Under the pieces are notes generated by a model that was given only the letters and a program-made list of their open reading frames with translations, was not told where the DNA came from and did no database searches. Made by a program: the position numbers and the translations under genes. Below are positions 41,101 through 52,007 of a DNA stretch of 64,000 nucleotides, piece after piece (within the stretch, counting starts at the first letter, position 1; each line of letters starts with the position of its first letter). Location of the stretch: contig OX597822.1 of assembly GCA_951406725.2 (NCBI GenBank), forward strand, positions 90,892,001 through 90,956,000, given 5' to 3'. This stretch comes from Octopus vulgaris (taxonomy: Eukaryota).

Positions 41101-44100
41101 TTCTTATACGACTTCTTCTATATGCTGATAATAAGTTAGGTATTGTTTCAGGAAATAGTAATAATCCCCCTTGTGGGTTTTGTAAATAGTTTTCACAATG
41201 TACCCTGTGATGAGAATTTAGTTCTGCGTTGCACATGTGTATGTATGTGTGTGTATGTGTCCTCTTGTCTTGGTGTTACAAGATAGTTATAAATGAGCAT
41301 CACCATCGTAGAAGTGCAGTCTGTCATTTCCCGACTGGCTAATATTATCTTATTTGGAAACAGGTGAGTGTTAGTGAGATGAAAGCCATCCATACAATAT
41401 CTGTCTTGCCAAATTTCATTGATATGTACAAGTATGGAAAAACGGATGTTAAAATGATAACAATGATGATGGTGAAGTGGTGATGGTGGCAGCAGTGATG
41501 GTGGTGGTGTAGGAAGACAGAATCAGTAACAATAGTAGTATTTGTGAAAATTAAATATTGAGAAAACAATAGACAATAGACCATTGTAGATAAGCTTAAA
41601 ATAGTAAAATGAAGAGCCATAGAGAATTGGTCATGCAATAACATCTGCCACTGATAGATAGATAATTCAATTATTTTGTCAGTTGCAGGTGTTAAAGAAA
41701 TTGGATGAGGCAATTGACAATGAGCTTGAAGTATGTACAATACTAGCCTGTGCTAGATAACAATTAGATATGTTTTGTTTTTTTTATTATTAGAAAGAAC
41801 ACTCCAAAGAAAAGCTAGTAATTGTCTACATTGGCAAAACTTACTTAAAGAATTGCATAAGTTTTGGATAAATTTGTATGTCATTGGGAGACAAGAGCAT
41901 CCTGAGGTTTGAAGCCAAGCTCTTCATTTGTGAGACAAGTGAAGTGTCTAAAGTGCTTGACATTTCACTGATAATGTGTGTGTGTTAGGAAGGAAGACGA
42001 TAATTTAAGGAAAAGGTCTTGGTAGGAGATCAGTTAGCAGAAAAACAAGGTGAAGTATGAGGAGACTATTGACTATTGTGGAATTGAGTAGGAGGATAAC
42101 AAGTGTGAGCATTATTGAAATGCTTTGAGTGTATAAGTATGTTTATTAACATAGTAATATACATAATCACATTAATACAAATGGTTACTGTGGGGAAAAA
42201 TCTGTTTTTGTAAGAGTGAGCATGATGTATAAAAGTAAGAGTGTCTGTAAGCATAGACATAGAATTTCTTTTAAGGGTTTAATGTGGCATTGCATTTTAA
42301 GACATGAGGGAGAAATAAGCAGCCAGATGAAGGAACATTTGGGGGGGGGGGGTGTATATCAATTAAAGTAGATCTTACACCTTACCTATTTTCTATATAT
42401 GTCTGTGAACAAGCATGCTTGTTTGTGTTACAATAGTCTCTGTTATTGATTAGATTTAATGGTTATTCCATTAATATTTTATTACTTGATTAGAAATATT
42501 GAAGCTGAAGTATCTATAATAATAAGCATGAAATTCTGTTTGCCGTTTTGTCCAGAACCCCTGTATTTCAGTTTTCATTTGCTCTACATAGACATATTAT
42601 AATACTTTTGGGGAATCAGGATGATCCCAGGATTGAAAATCTGCCCTTTTATTTGGTTCTTGAACATCCAGCTTTGGGATCAGGTCTGAGTGAGGATGAT
42701 AACAGTTGAAAATTCAAATTTTAAAAGCACTCCAAAAATTTGTGAACTTACAAATTTTTCATTTAACTGAATTTAAAATAATACCATACTGGTAGGGTAC
42801 CAATAAAAGCTTTATTATTATTTCTTTCTTTAGTTTTGAGCCACAAGCTCAATTAGCCCTCCACAGGAGCTAGCTTAAAAGTCTATATGGAATGCAGCTT
42901 TTATACTGGTTTAGAATAAATTTTCTTTTCTCATTCATCTGAATCGTAGTGTTTGTTTTCTTATCGACTAAAGTTAAAAAAAAATTATTATGGTTCTAAG
43001 TTGAATTCTTGCAGCAGATAAATAAATAAATATCATAAATACACTATGAACTGACTGAAACAACTTCTTTATGTGATTTAGGAGAAACAATATTATCTTT
43101 TCAACTTATTCTTGAGAGTTTATCATTACACTTTATTTCTTATAATCACATCTCTCCATTTATCTGTGTTACATGTTAAATCTTTTCAAATCCAGCTTCT
43201 TTATTGAAGCTGTTCTTCTTTAAGATATGCCCTTCTAAATTTTACATATTTCTCTCTACCTATATGAGAGTGTATATCTTTCAAAATCTGCATTTGTAAA
43301 TGGTTTGTATTTGTTTTTTTTTTCAGCCCAAAAAAAGGTTTAATGTTACTCCAAGAGAGAGACATTAAGTCTCTCAAGGCTTGTGTAAGTGGCTTGGAAA
43401 ACATATTTTTGCCATTGCTTAGCTTATGGGTTTTTCCATTTATTTAATTCAATAGGAAAAGAAAAAAAATGTAATGCTATTCTAAATTCTTCTAAAATTG
43501 CTGTGTATATCAGGGAATATTCAGTAAATGGTTTTTAGTATTAGATGCAGGAGCATGCTAATATTCTTGAGAACAACTTTGCATTTCACATCATCCATAA
43601 TTCTAAGGCTTCATAATTAATACACTATTTATTTAAAATTTTGTTGATTTAAAAAAAAATTAATTCTAATTAATTAAGTTAACCAATTTTTATTTTTAAC
43701 ATTGTGCAAGTTTACTTTGGCAATTTATCTTGATATTTTAGCTCTCTTACAAAAAATATAATCATTCTAAATAAACTTTTGGAAATTTATATGGAAATAC
43801 TTCCTTTTTAATGGGATTGTTGCTAACCTTCTTCTGATACCATTGCATTGAGTATATTGTATGGAATTTCTTCTTACACCTTTTCTTACATATTGCATGA
43901 TCACTTATGTATATATATGTTTGTGCCCTTGTGTTGACATCATGTAATAGCTGTAAATGAGCATCATCATGCAACAGATCAGCTGCTAGAAAAAGCTGAA
44001 AAAGTTAAGACTAATCTCTAGAGCAAAAACTAGATATACATATATATCATGTCTACACATACACACACACAACACACAATCACACATGCACATATATAAA

Positions 44101-47100
44101 TATTGGGTTGGTACAAAAGTGAGAACTTTGGTAGCAGGGTTCTGTCCTCTTTCGTACTTAATAAACTTTATTTCTCACCAAGTTAACTTTGAGTCCTTTT
44201 AATTTTAGGTTTTACTTCCACACCTGGAGTCTCTTTTCTAATTCTACTATAGATTCAGCTATAAGATCATCCGCACATAGCCATTCCCATGGGCAGTCAA
44301 ACTTATTATGGCCTGAAAACTGATGACAAATAGGAGGGGGTCAAGAACTTTTAGGTGCTCATTAAATTCATAGTTTGTATGGCTCTCACCAGCCAGCCAT
44401 CTACTCCTTGCTTTCCCATTGGTCACCAGATCAGTAAGCAACAAACTCTGTTGAGAACTTCCTCCAGGCTGCACACAGCAGCTTACTTTTTGCCAGTAAT
44501 TTTCTTGCTGTTGCTTCACCAAGCAGAGGAAATCTGTTGTATTTTTCCCTGGCACAAAAACTAAACACCATCTCATCTAGTTTTACTCTTTGTCTAATTA
44601 GTTGAGCTATAGCATTCATTATCTAGTTCAGCTTTTTGATACCTCTAATTACCTTTCTTTAAAACATTGCCTTTAGCCTTACAATAGTTGACTATAATAT
44701 TGCTACACCAGTCATTAACACCTTCCTGTACAACTTCAATGAATACGTGGGTAATTAGGTCATATCTTACACCACCAGATGTTTTAAGCAATTGGCAGTA
44801 ATTCCTGACGGTCTAAGGAGGCTTTTCCTACCTTCATATTCCAAACTGCTTGTGCATCATACTGCTGGTTCCTCTTTTGTATATATGTTGGGATAACCTT
44901 CTTTATCCCATGTATTCTTCACATTTACTAACATTTCATAGCAGCACTTCCATGCCTCTTTCTTTCCAAAATCACTAAGTGCAACTGTACCATTATCCAT
45001 CTGTACATACCTCTCTCCCACAACATTTTTGATTTTCTTTGATACACTGTCATGCAATCTGGAACATCTCATAACTTTGCTTCTCAAGCTGTAGAACATT
45101 GACAAATATCTTCCTTTCTGTATCTCCTCTTGCTAAATAAACTTCTCCTTGTTACTTGCTATAATTCTCTATAATTCTTCCAATCCTTCCAAATCTGTCT
45201 CTTCACTTTAATGCTCTTTCATTATTTTGGCCAGTGTGATTTGCACAAATGATGGTGAAGTTTTTGATTTTTAGCTTGGCAATGTATTTTGTTGTTCAGT
45301 GGCAACACTGGGAGCTGTTTGTGTGTGGAGTTGATTGAGGGGAGTAATCTTCTGGTTGATGTTGGGTGTATGTTCCAAGTTTTTTAGCTGTCAGACTGCT
45401 TAATTTGCAGGCTTAGGTCAACTCTTATATTTTCCAGGTAGGTCAGTAAAAAATAATTGTCTTTTGGTTGATTTTTTTGTACAAATGTTTTTTTTTGTGC
45501 TTGTTTATTTTGTTTGGTGTTAAAGTTTTCTCGTATTTTTCTTATACTAGATGGAATTCTTTGGTGGTCAGTGCATGGAGGTGGGGTGTGACTCTTTTTT
45601 TTCTTGCATTATTGTATCGCTGTTTGTTATTTATTTTGTACCTTTCAGATCATCATAGTTGCATTCCAGGGTCAGATATATCCTTAGGAACAGAAAATTC
45701 TGACATAGCTTAGGATGGAAGAAAGCACACTTGTCTTTTGTACATCCCTATATAGGATTAAAGCCATGGGCTCTGTATTTGGGACAATACTTTAGTTGAA
45801 AGTGGGGACATTTTTTCTCATTATGGACAAATAAATACCCTTTATAAGTTTATGGCCTAAGGAAGGACGAGAGAAAGGGAAGTGACCTTTGTTGTTTCTA
45901 CCAATGGGTCCAAATTTATGGATGCACTGAGAATGATATTGGCAGGTTTTTTTGAGATGAAAGAGATTGGTTTTCTATTTTGATATGTGAGGCGGAGAGA
46001 GAATCATTGGCCAATGTTGCTTAAATTGTAATCATAGTAGTTCTAACCTATAATAGTGATAGTAGTCTGTTGTGGTAGATTCAGACCTGCTTAGGTAGGA
46101 TTGGATGGAATGAGGTCAGATGGTGAAGCCAAGACAGATGATTCTTGGTATTGACTAACAGATTAAGGTGACTCCTGACCTGCTGCTATGGGGTCAGGGG
46201 GAACTCTGCACTTATTGACCTATACAGTTTTTAGTTTACCTATGTGTTTGTTCATAATATGGAATAGGATGTTTCAAAAAATGCATATGCTTATTGAATG
46301 ATTGTAAAGTCAGTGTTTATTAAAGTACATTTCATTTTTAAAAATTTAAAGAAACCAATAGGATTTAATTTTTTTGTGGAAGTCTGCCTTCAAATTGATG
46401 ACTGTTGTGGTCCAGGTACTACTTATAATATCATCATCATCGTTTAATGTCCGTTTTCTGTGCTAGCACAAGTTGGACGGTTCGACAGGGGTCTGGGAAG
46501 CCAGGAGGTTGCACTAGGCTCCAGTCTGATCTGGCAGTGTTTCTACAGCTGAATGCCCTTCCTAACGCCAACCACTCCATGAGTGTAGTGGGTGCTTTTT
46601 ACGTGCCAGGGAGGCTGGCAGCAGCCATGATCAGTTGGTGCTTTTTACGTGCCACTGGCACAGAAGCCAGTCAAGGCGGCACTGGCATTGGCCATGTTCA
46701 GATGGTGCTTTTTACGTGCCACTGGCACAGGTATCACAACTACTATTTCCATTTGATATTTATTTCGATGTTGATGTACTTGACTCAGTAGGTCTCCTCA
46801 AGCACAGCAGGGGTCTCCTCAAGCACAGCAAGAGATCTCCTCAAGCACAGCAGGTATGATGCAACAAAATCACAACCTCTAGAAACATTTATGTGCATTC
46901 TCATTCAATGGCTGCCCTCAATTCACCAACTGTCACCTGTTTGGTACTATAAATTTTGTTTTTTAAGTATCCCCATAAAGTTTAGTGGTTAAGGTCTGGT
47001 AAACACTGATGATGGTATTCTACTGAACCTCTTTTTCTAATTCACCTGTTAGTCAAAGCCTCATCTTCAAAGTCAATAATAGTACAATAGCAGTAGTTTG

Positions 47101-47713
47101 AAAGAACTTACCAAACATTTTACAAACAGCTATAAATTTGAGGAAAACTTGATAGGTCACATTCTCAAAAATATTCCAATTCCACTGCATTTTAAGTCTT
47201 TAAACCATATGAGAATAGATTTACTTGTCATTGTCATTTACATCACATACTGGAGGAGTGAACAAAATGACAGGAGAATGCCATCACATTTAGACAAAAT
47301 TTTTTGACTAAGTGTTCTCTTTCCTGCTTTCTTCATTTTCTTCTCCCCCCCCCACACACACACTTTGTTACCAGTTATGAACAAGCAAAAATTGATGATG
47401 TCATTATGTCTAAAAAGGAACACAAGATATTCCACTTCAAATTTTGAATTTTTGTAATGAATTGCATCTTTTTTTTATTTTTGAACCCAAAGAAGACAGA
47501 CATACTGTCAAAATATTGTTCAGTTCAATAAACAGAGTCACTCTCTATTACAAATTATATCGTGCTCTTCTTATTGTACATTTACTTTCATGAAGAGTTA
47601 TGTTACTCATCATCATAATCACCATTATCATCATCTTCATTTAACATCCATTTTCTGTGCTGGCATGGGTGGATGGGTGGGACAGTTTAACAGGAACTGG
47701 AAAGTTTTCATAA

Positions 47714-47754
<41 letters not shown>

Positions 47755-50700
47755 GTTCATCTTCTTCCCTCGGTTTTGTTTTCATTTTTTGCTGTCTTCG
47801 CTACACTGAGTGTAAAGAAATTCACTGTATACATTGATAGGCCACTAAAACAAACACACCAGAAAGATCATTCACAAAAACAAATAAAATCATGTAAAAG
47901 AAAAAATAATTTACATGAAAGGTTATCATTCTCACAATGACAATACTCTTCCCAATGTGAGTGACGTACATGTTAAAGCAACCTTTTGCACTTCTTGCTG
48001 GGATGGTAAACCAGTAATCATCATCATCATCATCATCGTTTAACGTCCGCTTTCCATGCTAGCATGGGTTGGACAAGGACTGGTGAACCAGATGGCTGCA
48101 CCAGGCTCCAATCTTGATCTGGCAGAGTTTCTACATCTGGATGCCCTTCCTTAATTAAATTAATTGAATTAATTAAAATACAGGTGTAATCGGTATAAGA
48201 TTTTCTTTATATTTCATTCAAACATTTTCATTGAAAATGAAGTACAAAACTCTTTTACTAGTCAATATACCATTGGCTCTGTACTCTTATACAATTTAAC
48301 AAATTCATTTACGTAACAGAATGCATCGAATAAAAAAAATCTCATTAACAGGTGAGACAAAGGTGAATACAGGTGTGTAACATACTGAAAATTAATATGT
48401 ATTTCTCGCTTTCGCATATTATTTATAATAAAATGAAAACGAATATACAAAATAATATAGTTATGACATATTTCTGTCATGAAACTGTCCAAAGCACCCT
48501 TTACACAAGGCCACTTTACAAAATGAACACATATACGAAGTCTCTGTTTGATACCCTTTTGCAGTTTTTCTTTTTTACAGCGAACACAGTCTGCAAACTT
48601 TTTTCCTTCCATTTATCTTTTCGACTTGATGAAAGTCAATATTTTCTCTGTTGACATCCACCTCAGTTAATTTTGCTTTTCTCTCAGTTCTGTGCTCTCT
48701 AGAAGAAAAGCCGTCACGTAACTGAGATGCGATGTCAACCCGAAATTTCAAGTGCTCGTAGTCTTTTGGTGGTGGAGTTACTTTGGGGCTTTTTACATAT
48801 ACAATATATGAAATGACTATAGTTAAATTAACTAAAAACCACAAAATGTACCTTCACCATTTCTTCCCAGGTTGACCAACTGGGTAATATGCCCGATATT
48901 GGTCGGATTTATCAACCCCACCAATATATTTATTATAAGAAATATTGATGAGGAGTTTCCCCTCAGTGCTAACACCAGGTTGTTCATTAGAAGATAGAAA
49001 TAAAATCTGTCTTTTGTCTTTGAAAGCAGTAACTAAAACATTTTCTCTTTGCATTTGTAAAATGTCGCCTCTTTTTTAATTTTGTTTTCATTTCACGGGG
49101 TAAACCTTTAGTTTCCCATAACAGTACTGCACATGTAAGTACTTACACAGGCAAGATTTTCTGTCAAAGCTACTGAAGAAAAAAAAACAGTCAAAATAGA
49201 GGTGTTGGTACTGATGGTAAAATGGTTCGGTAAGAGACCATACAACATCATGTCCCAATCCATGCGGTCTGTTGTTTCCATTATATTTTTTACCTGTGTA
49301 AACATCGAAGTTTACACAATATCCAGTGTCTGATTCACAAACTTCCCATACCTTGATCCCCCATTTAGTGGGTTTGGCAGGCATGTACTGCCGAAAATGT
49401 ACTCTGCTCTTATAGCCTATCATTGCTTCATCTACACTGAGATTTTTCCCAGGTGGATAGACAGTTTTATAATTATTAACATGTAAATCGATTACAGGAC
49501 GTACTTTGTACAGGGGATCATAGTTTGGGTCATTTTTACTGGGGACATTAGCAGAATCAGTTAAATGCAAATACTGAGATATTTCTGAATACCTCATCTT
49601 CAACATTATACTTGAGATATATGGATCGCCATACCTTATATCTGGACTCCAGTTGTTCCACAGTTGAAGAAGCTGTTTAACACCAAATATGATATTAATT
49701 GTGAAAAACGCTCTCAATTGCAGAATCAATTGAGGAAAGGACATAATATACGGTTCAGCTTTTTTAATTCCAAGAGAAGGCTAGCCAATCACTTAAACTC
49801 ATATAGGGATAGAAATAAGATGAATCATATGAGCCTAAGCAAACTAATCTGTTCAACTAAAGACAGGAACCATAGCTATACTATGGAGTGAGAAATAACC
49901 TGTACAGCTAAACTATATTGGGCAGGGGAAAGTAGATATGAGTCATGTATAGAAGAATTATACCGAAATATTAAGGTTTTTTTTTGCAAATATTTTGGTA
50001 TAATTGATTCTGCATCTATACACTTAGTTCTTCATCAAACATCTTGAGTCTAATGGGCACACTGCATCTCTGGCACAATTACATTTATTGTGTCATGGCT
50101 CTTGCTAGATGTCTGTACTATCCTTGTTTCTATTGGTCAAATATTTTTTCAAAGCTTTCTATGCATAGTTGATTGTGTGCTGTTATTTCTAGTGGTTCAC
50201 GCTCCCTGTCTAGTCGAGGTATCAGCTTGTATTAGGGTTGTTTGCCTTTGACTGCTGATTCTTAGATTATTACCTGCCCTCTTTACAGTGTGTGTTATTT
50301 TGGTGTTAGTGTTCCGGTCCCTTTTGTTCTGAACTGTTTCTACCTTTTCATCCAGATTCATATTATCAATATTTTCATTGATAGATTCATTTTTCTTGTC
50401 TTGTCTACTACTTTCACTGGTCCTTTAGAAGTGAGATAGTCTTCTCGCATTGTGTGATGGGTTATGACTAGTGGGAAAGGTGACTTAGACATTGTGCATA
50501 TTGAAAATTCTATGGTGCTTGCTAGACTTGGGAAAGTGTTTCTTGATTGTGGTGTAAAACTGCTTCAGAATACTGGACAGTATTTGTTTCCCAAATGTAG
50601 CATTATACCACAGAGCAGTCCTGGAATTACTATTAGTTTTGTTATTATTAAGTATTGTGTGGTTGTTAGTGTTAGGGCCTTTCCTATTTCCGTGGTGGTT

Positions 50701-52007
50701 GTCAGGGTGGTGGGGAGCACTGTTGTATTTCCTTGTTGTGTTTTGTATAAGTGTGCACCTGGGATGGTTTGCTCCATTTCTAATACGCAGCGTACTATGG
50801 TTTCTGCTGTTATTTTCACTTGGTAGTTTCAGAAGAGATTCACTGGTGTTCGAGTCTTTTTTTATTATCATCCAAGCTATTTATTCTTCGGTTGTATCCT
50901 ATGTATTCATTCCTGTCTTTTTTTATTGGTTCCTCTATCTTCTTGTAGGGTTTTACTTGGTTTTTATGGTTATATTTTTGTGTGTATTTTGGTATCTGAC
51001 AGGTAACCTTATTATATATATATATATATATATTGGTTTGGTTTCCTGGGCTATACACTATTTTTTCTTTGTATCCTGCCTCCTCCAATGCTTTGTTATA
51101 ATAATTCTCATTTAGCTTAAATATCTCCTCATTAGCTAACAGTCTTGATATGTGGGTGGAAATGTTTAAGACTATAAATAGGGTTAATCACTTGGGGTGA
51201 TTGCTATTGTAGTGAATATATTTAAGGTTTTTATTAGGTATATGGTATGGTTTGAATAGGCCAGTATTTAGTTGTAGTGCAACATCTAAGAAGTTGACTG
51301 TGACGTGCTCCTCTTTTATTGAAATGGAAAGTCCCATGTCTTTGAAGAACTTGAATAATGTTTTCTTTGGTTTTTCCATTTTCATGTTGGAAGGTTTATG
51401 CAAGGTGAATAGTGTGTCACCCCTGTATAAGCCTCCCCCTATTTTTGGAAACTCTGTTTATGCAGAATAAAATATAAATTCCTACTAGATCAGTTACCTG
51501 GGCAATATATATATTGTATACATGTTTCCAACCCCATTTGCTTTACTGATAATATGGGCCCCACTCTCATCAATGTATAATTAAAATATGATAAAAGACA
51601 TGTAATCTTTCTGGGCCCTGGTGCTACAACACCCAATTCAGTCACTCCAAGATACAAATGGCCATGGTGTACAGAAAGTTTGGGATATGTAAGACTTGAA
51701 GAGCCCATCACTCTCAAGGTTTAACCACAGTTGGAATGACTATCACAAAGGATTTTACCTGATGTTTGAATAACTATTGTACATGTGAGTATAAATATGA
51801 GAAATTGACTGACTGACAAATTTCGTCCTTATTATATATGTAATAGATTCTATTGTTGATAACTACAGTTCTGGAGCTGATTGCTTGTGTTGTTTTTCTT
51901 TATTTTGTAACAATTGGTGCAGCTTGTCATAAATATTTTGAATAATGTATTTTCAAATTTATTTTATTTTATTTCATCTTTCATTACAGGCCTGGCTGTC
52001 ACCTTGA
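2224..52007 (+). CDS. GOLGA4: Golgin subfamily A member 4 (golgin-245/p230)-like gene, 3' part; 11 exons joined: 2224-2400, 4685-4940, 9299-9429, 10193-10390, 11612-11736, 15429-15567, 18696-18764, 19837-19971, 24972-25019, 29127-29213, 51990-52007
   Basis: All introns are GT-AG and phases join into one frame (1383 nt, 460 aa + stop). E/Q/K/L-rich coiled coil is followed by ...EPTEFE|YLKNILYQYMIGKETK|TLAKVIATVVQFSDDQTNNIMAQEDIRAT|AWLSP*, which matches my recollection of the GOLGA4 GRIP domain (EPTEFEYLRKVLFEYMMGRETKTMAKVITTVLKFPDDQTQKILEREDAR). The 5' end lies upstream of the window. Confidence 0.9.
2710..3245 (+). mobile_element. tRNA-derived SINE interrupted within its (TA)n tract
   Basis: Head ggttctggtttcagttccactgcatggcaccttgggcaagtgtc and tail actgaaacaagttaaagataaaag; insert at ~2866-3018. 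Confidence 0.7.
3472..3922 (-). mobile_element. RTE-clade LINE, 5'-truncated 3' end
   Basis: Minus-strand peptide RRVQFAGHCCR...AMMDREVWRSMV followed by an (ATG)n tail; near-identical to 6922-7265 and 31196-31583. Confidence 0.85.
4685..4940 (+). CDS. GOLGA4: GOLGA4-like exon (IKSLKLEKENLSQQ...ESFNEAL)
   Basis: ttcctcag acceptor, gtaagt donor, 256 nt, phase 0-1. Confidence 0.9.
5015..5239. mobile_element. piggyBac-type MITE
   Basis: TTAA-CCCTTTCGTTAC ... GTAACGAAAGGG-TTAA: perfect 12-bp TIRs with TTAA target duplication. Confidence 0.85.
5480..5712. mobile_element. Degenerate piggyBac-type MITE, same family as 37156-37382 in opposite orientation
   Basis: Shares ttcagcatttaaaccagcc...atttgacagggtaatctgaatgctaaaag with the reverse complement of the 37.2 kb copy. 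Confidence 0.6.
6922..7265 (+). mobile_element. RTE-clade LINE 3' fragment
   Basis: LDGTYTRLLMRAQNLSWK...FAGH...DREVWR, (TGA)n tail, small internal deletion relative to the other copies. Confidence 0.85.
7270..8210 (+). mobile_element. Highly degenerate Penelope-like element fragment
   Basis: Remnant INFLDI and FYKP motifs and a decayed GIY-YIG-like Cys region; many stops. Confidence 0.4.
9299..9429 (+). CDS. GOLGA4: GOLGA4-like exon (ERCQQEETNMMRQHRRE...YHTELQ)
   Basis: ttttgatag acceptor, gtaagt donor, 131 nt, phase 1-0; absent from the ORF track. Confidence 0.88.
9855..10177 (+). mobile_element. Mariner-like 3' fragment with right TIR
   Basis: Decayed HPP-LAPADF motif and ending gggaactttttgataccacctcata. 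Confidence 0.65.
10193..10390 (+). CDS. GOLGA4: GOLGA4-like exon (KIQEEMEHKSHQ...EWNHERK)
   Basis: cctttcag acceptor, AAG/gtattc donor, 198 nt, phase 0-0. Confidence 0.9.
11612..11736 (+). CDS. GOLGA4: GOLGA4-like exon (ELVVQNQCTLEAVQSG...EKEKH)
   Basis: tttactag acceptor, gtgcgt donor, 125 nt, phase 0-2. Confidence 0.85.
13400..14875 (-). mobile_element. Penelope-like element reverse transcriptase fragment (pseudogenised), interrupted by a SINE
   Basis: Minus-strand motifs IKKADKGSAVVVMD, FYRQ..IAMGTRAAP, WKRFLDG(D)CFILW are typical of PLE RTs. Confidence 0.8.
14256..14620 (-). mobile_element. Young tRNA-derived SINE, 5'-truncated
   Basis: Reverse complement nearly identical to 28515-28925 and 33825-34260. 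Confidence 0.9.
15429..15567 (+). CDS. GOLGA4: GOLGA4-like exon (LQIAELQTQNEMHRSQ...DNTDLK)
   Basis: aatccag acceptor, gtaagt donor, 139 nt; phase 2-0 bridges its neighbours exactly. Confidence 0.85.
16430..16662 (+). mobile_element. Second tRNA-derived SINE family, with target-site duplication, nested in an old SINE
   Basis: aaggcggtgagctggcagaaacg head, B-box-like gatcaaattcc; flanked by taaagccttgtagct (16415-16429) and taaaaccttgtagct (16663-16677). Confidence 0.8.
18696..18764 (+). CDS. GOLGA4: GOLGA4-like exon (LQVKHLNDDLAECHTQIEVLLQK)
   Basis: Polypyrimidine tract + ttcag acceptor, AAG/gtgaat donor, 69 nt, phase 0-0. Confidence 0.8.
18800..19730 (+). mobile_element. Decayed, rearranged mariner element
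   Basis: LQNNARPH and HPPYSLDLAPTDYH motifs, CDEKW region near 19170, end ...taatgacctgata; the 5' part appears inverted. Confidence 0.8.
19837..19971 (+). CDS. GOLGA4: GOLGA4-like exon (IDKLENTS...LLREPTEFE), linker and start of GRIP
   Basis: ttgtag acceptor, GAG/gtaagc donor, 135 nt, EPTEFE motif. Confidence 0.92.
20810..22104 (-). mobile_element. Full-length mariner (DD34D-type) transposon, defective transposase
   Basis: TA-flanked ~37-bp TIRs CGAGGGGCGTTCAATAAGTAATGCCCCTGACCCACTT; ITQDETW, QDNAPVH, SPDLAPSDFHLF; premature TGA near the N-terminus and a frameshift near 21100. Confidence 0.95.
24496..24634. repeat. Long hairpin / inverted repeat
   Basis: Perfect 37-bp outer arms plus inner AAAGAGCTGTCAA/TTGACAGCTCTTT stem. 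Confidence 0.9.
24972..25019 (+). CDS. GOLGA4: GOLGA4-like GRIP exon (YLKNILYQYMIGKETK)
   Basis: tttcag acceptor, AAG/gtgaat donor, 48 nt; first codon is the invariant GRIP Tyr. Confidence 0.93.
25273..26566 (+). mobile_element. Full-length mariner transposon, same family, defective
   Basis: Same TIRs and TA flanks; start codon ACG, frameshifts near 25625 and 26270, catalytic D to N (QNNAP), late TGA. Confidence 0.95.
27881..28496. mobile_element. Fold-back / MITE-like element with ~175-bp inverted arms
   Basis: 27881-28055 is the reverse complement of 28321-28496 with few mismatches; related sequence at ~11040-11140. Confidence 0.8.
28515..28925 (+). mobile_element. Full-length tRNA-derived SINE
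   Basis: A-box-like TGGCTGTGTGG, B-box-like GGTTCAGTCCC, central (TA/TG)n, tail ACTGAAACAAGTAAAAGATAAAAG; possible tagtta duplication. Confidence 0.9.
29127..29213 (+). CDS. GOLGA4: GOLGA4-like GRIP exon (TLAKVIATVVQFSDDQTNNIMAQEDIRAT)
   Basis: cttcag acceptor, gtaaat donor, 87 nt, distal GRIP helices. Confidence 0.93.
30640..32010 (+). mobile_element. Degenerate Penelope-like 3' end (GIY-YIG region) with hammerhead remnant
   Basis: KTYISLCKGNF, KKCNLYIAER and LNSRSEISSKCK remnants are split by an RTE insertion; hammerhead-like core at 31924-32008. Confidence 0.6.
31196..31583 (-). mobile_element. RTE-clade LINE 3' fragment with TSD
   Basis: Same family as 3472-3922; flanked by the 11-bp duplication tttcccacact (31185-31195 and 31584-31594). 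Confidence 0.88.
32560..33075 (+). mobile_element. SINE-like repeat with internal tandem units and (TGA)n tail
   Basis: About five gcaccat(t/c)cgagc..gatcgtt units, 3' end ccaacccatgctagcatgaaaagtggacattaatgatgatga. Confidence 0.75.
33825..34260 (+). mobile_element. Full-length tRNA-derived SINE
   Basis: Near-identical to 28515-28925, (GAGTAAAA)n tail. Confidence 0.9.
34352..34540. mobile_element. hAT-type MITE
   Basis: CAGTAGTTCCCAACC...GGTTGGGAACCACTG TIRs; 8-bp flanks ctctagat / ctcttcat; sits inside a decayed PLE-like RT region (~34260-35350). Confidence 0.75.
35916..36295. mobile_element. Non-autonomous DNA element with imperfect TIRs
   Basis: tgtgtgaaaagtctggctgcat ... attcagccagactttttacaca. 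Confidence 0.55.
37156..37382. mobile_element. piggyBac-type MITE
   Basis: TTAA-CCTTTTAGTATTCA ... TGAATGCTAAAGGG-TTAA. Confidence 0.8.
38527..38864 (+). mobile_element. Third tRNA-derived SINE family
   Basis: TGGCTCAGTGGTTAGAGCG A box, GCTCGAATCCC B box, non-tRNA body, (CTTTAC) tail. Confidence 0.8.
40680..40830 (+). mobile_element. RTE-BovB-like LINE extreme 3' end
   Basis: WLDTIKSDTEMDIANLKEAAQDRTDWRTLIHRVTESRLRLSG* followed by (GATA)n. Confidence 0.7.
44740..45240 (-). mobile_element. Decayed non-LTR retrotransposon fragment (RTE-like)
   Basis: NVVGERYVQMDNG..KKEAWKCCYE.LVN linker-like peptide upstream of a GK..GP.G remnant. Confidence 0.5.
46432..46860 (-). mobile_element. SINE-like repeat of the (CAT)n-tail family
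   Basis: catcatcatcgtttaatgtccgttttc..gctagca end, gtgctttttacgtgccactggcac units, three copies of tctcctcaagcacagca. Confidence 0.7.
48560..49760 (-). mobile_element. piggyBac (PGBD4-like) transposase pseudogene
   Basis: LSVDEAMIGYKSR..RQYMPAKPTKWGIKVW, LYFD.FF, YNKYIGGVDKSDQ, Cys-rich tail VCRLC; split by frameshifts and stops. Confidence 0.9.
50030..51500 (-). mobile_element. Penelope-like element RT thumb / C-terminal fragment
   Basis: VNFLDVALQLNTGLFKPYHIPN..LKYIHYNSNHP, and LWYNATF..KHFPKSSKHHRIFN. Confidence 0.75.
51990..52007 (+). CDS. GOLGA4: GOLGA4-like last coding exon (AWLSP*) followed by 3' UTR
   Basis: Strong pyrimidine tract + ttacag acceptor; GCC TGG CTG TCA CCT TGA supplies the C-terminal Trp typical of GRIP golgins; repeat-poor UTR-like sequence follows to ~53.0 kb with AATAAA near 52986. 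Confidence 0.72.
   Translation, partial: AWLSP

Noticed and set aside
48560-49760. Domesticated PGBD gene nested antisense in the intron
   Set aside because: Multiple frameshifts and stops and a truncated N-terminus; treated as a fossil.
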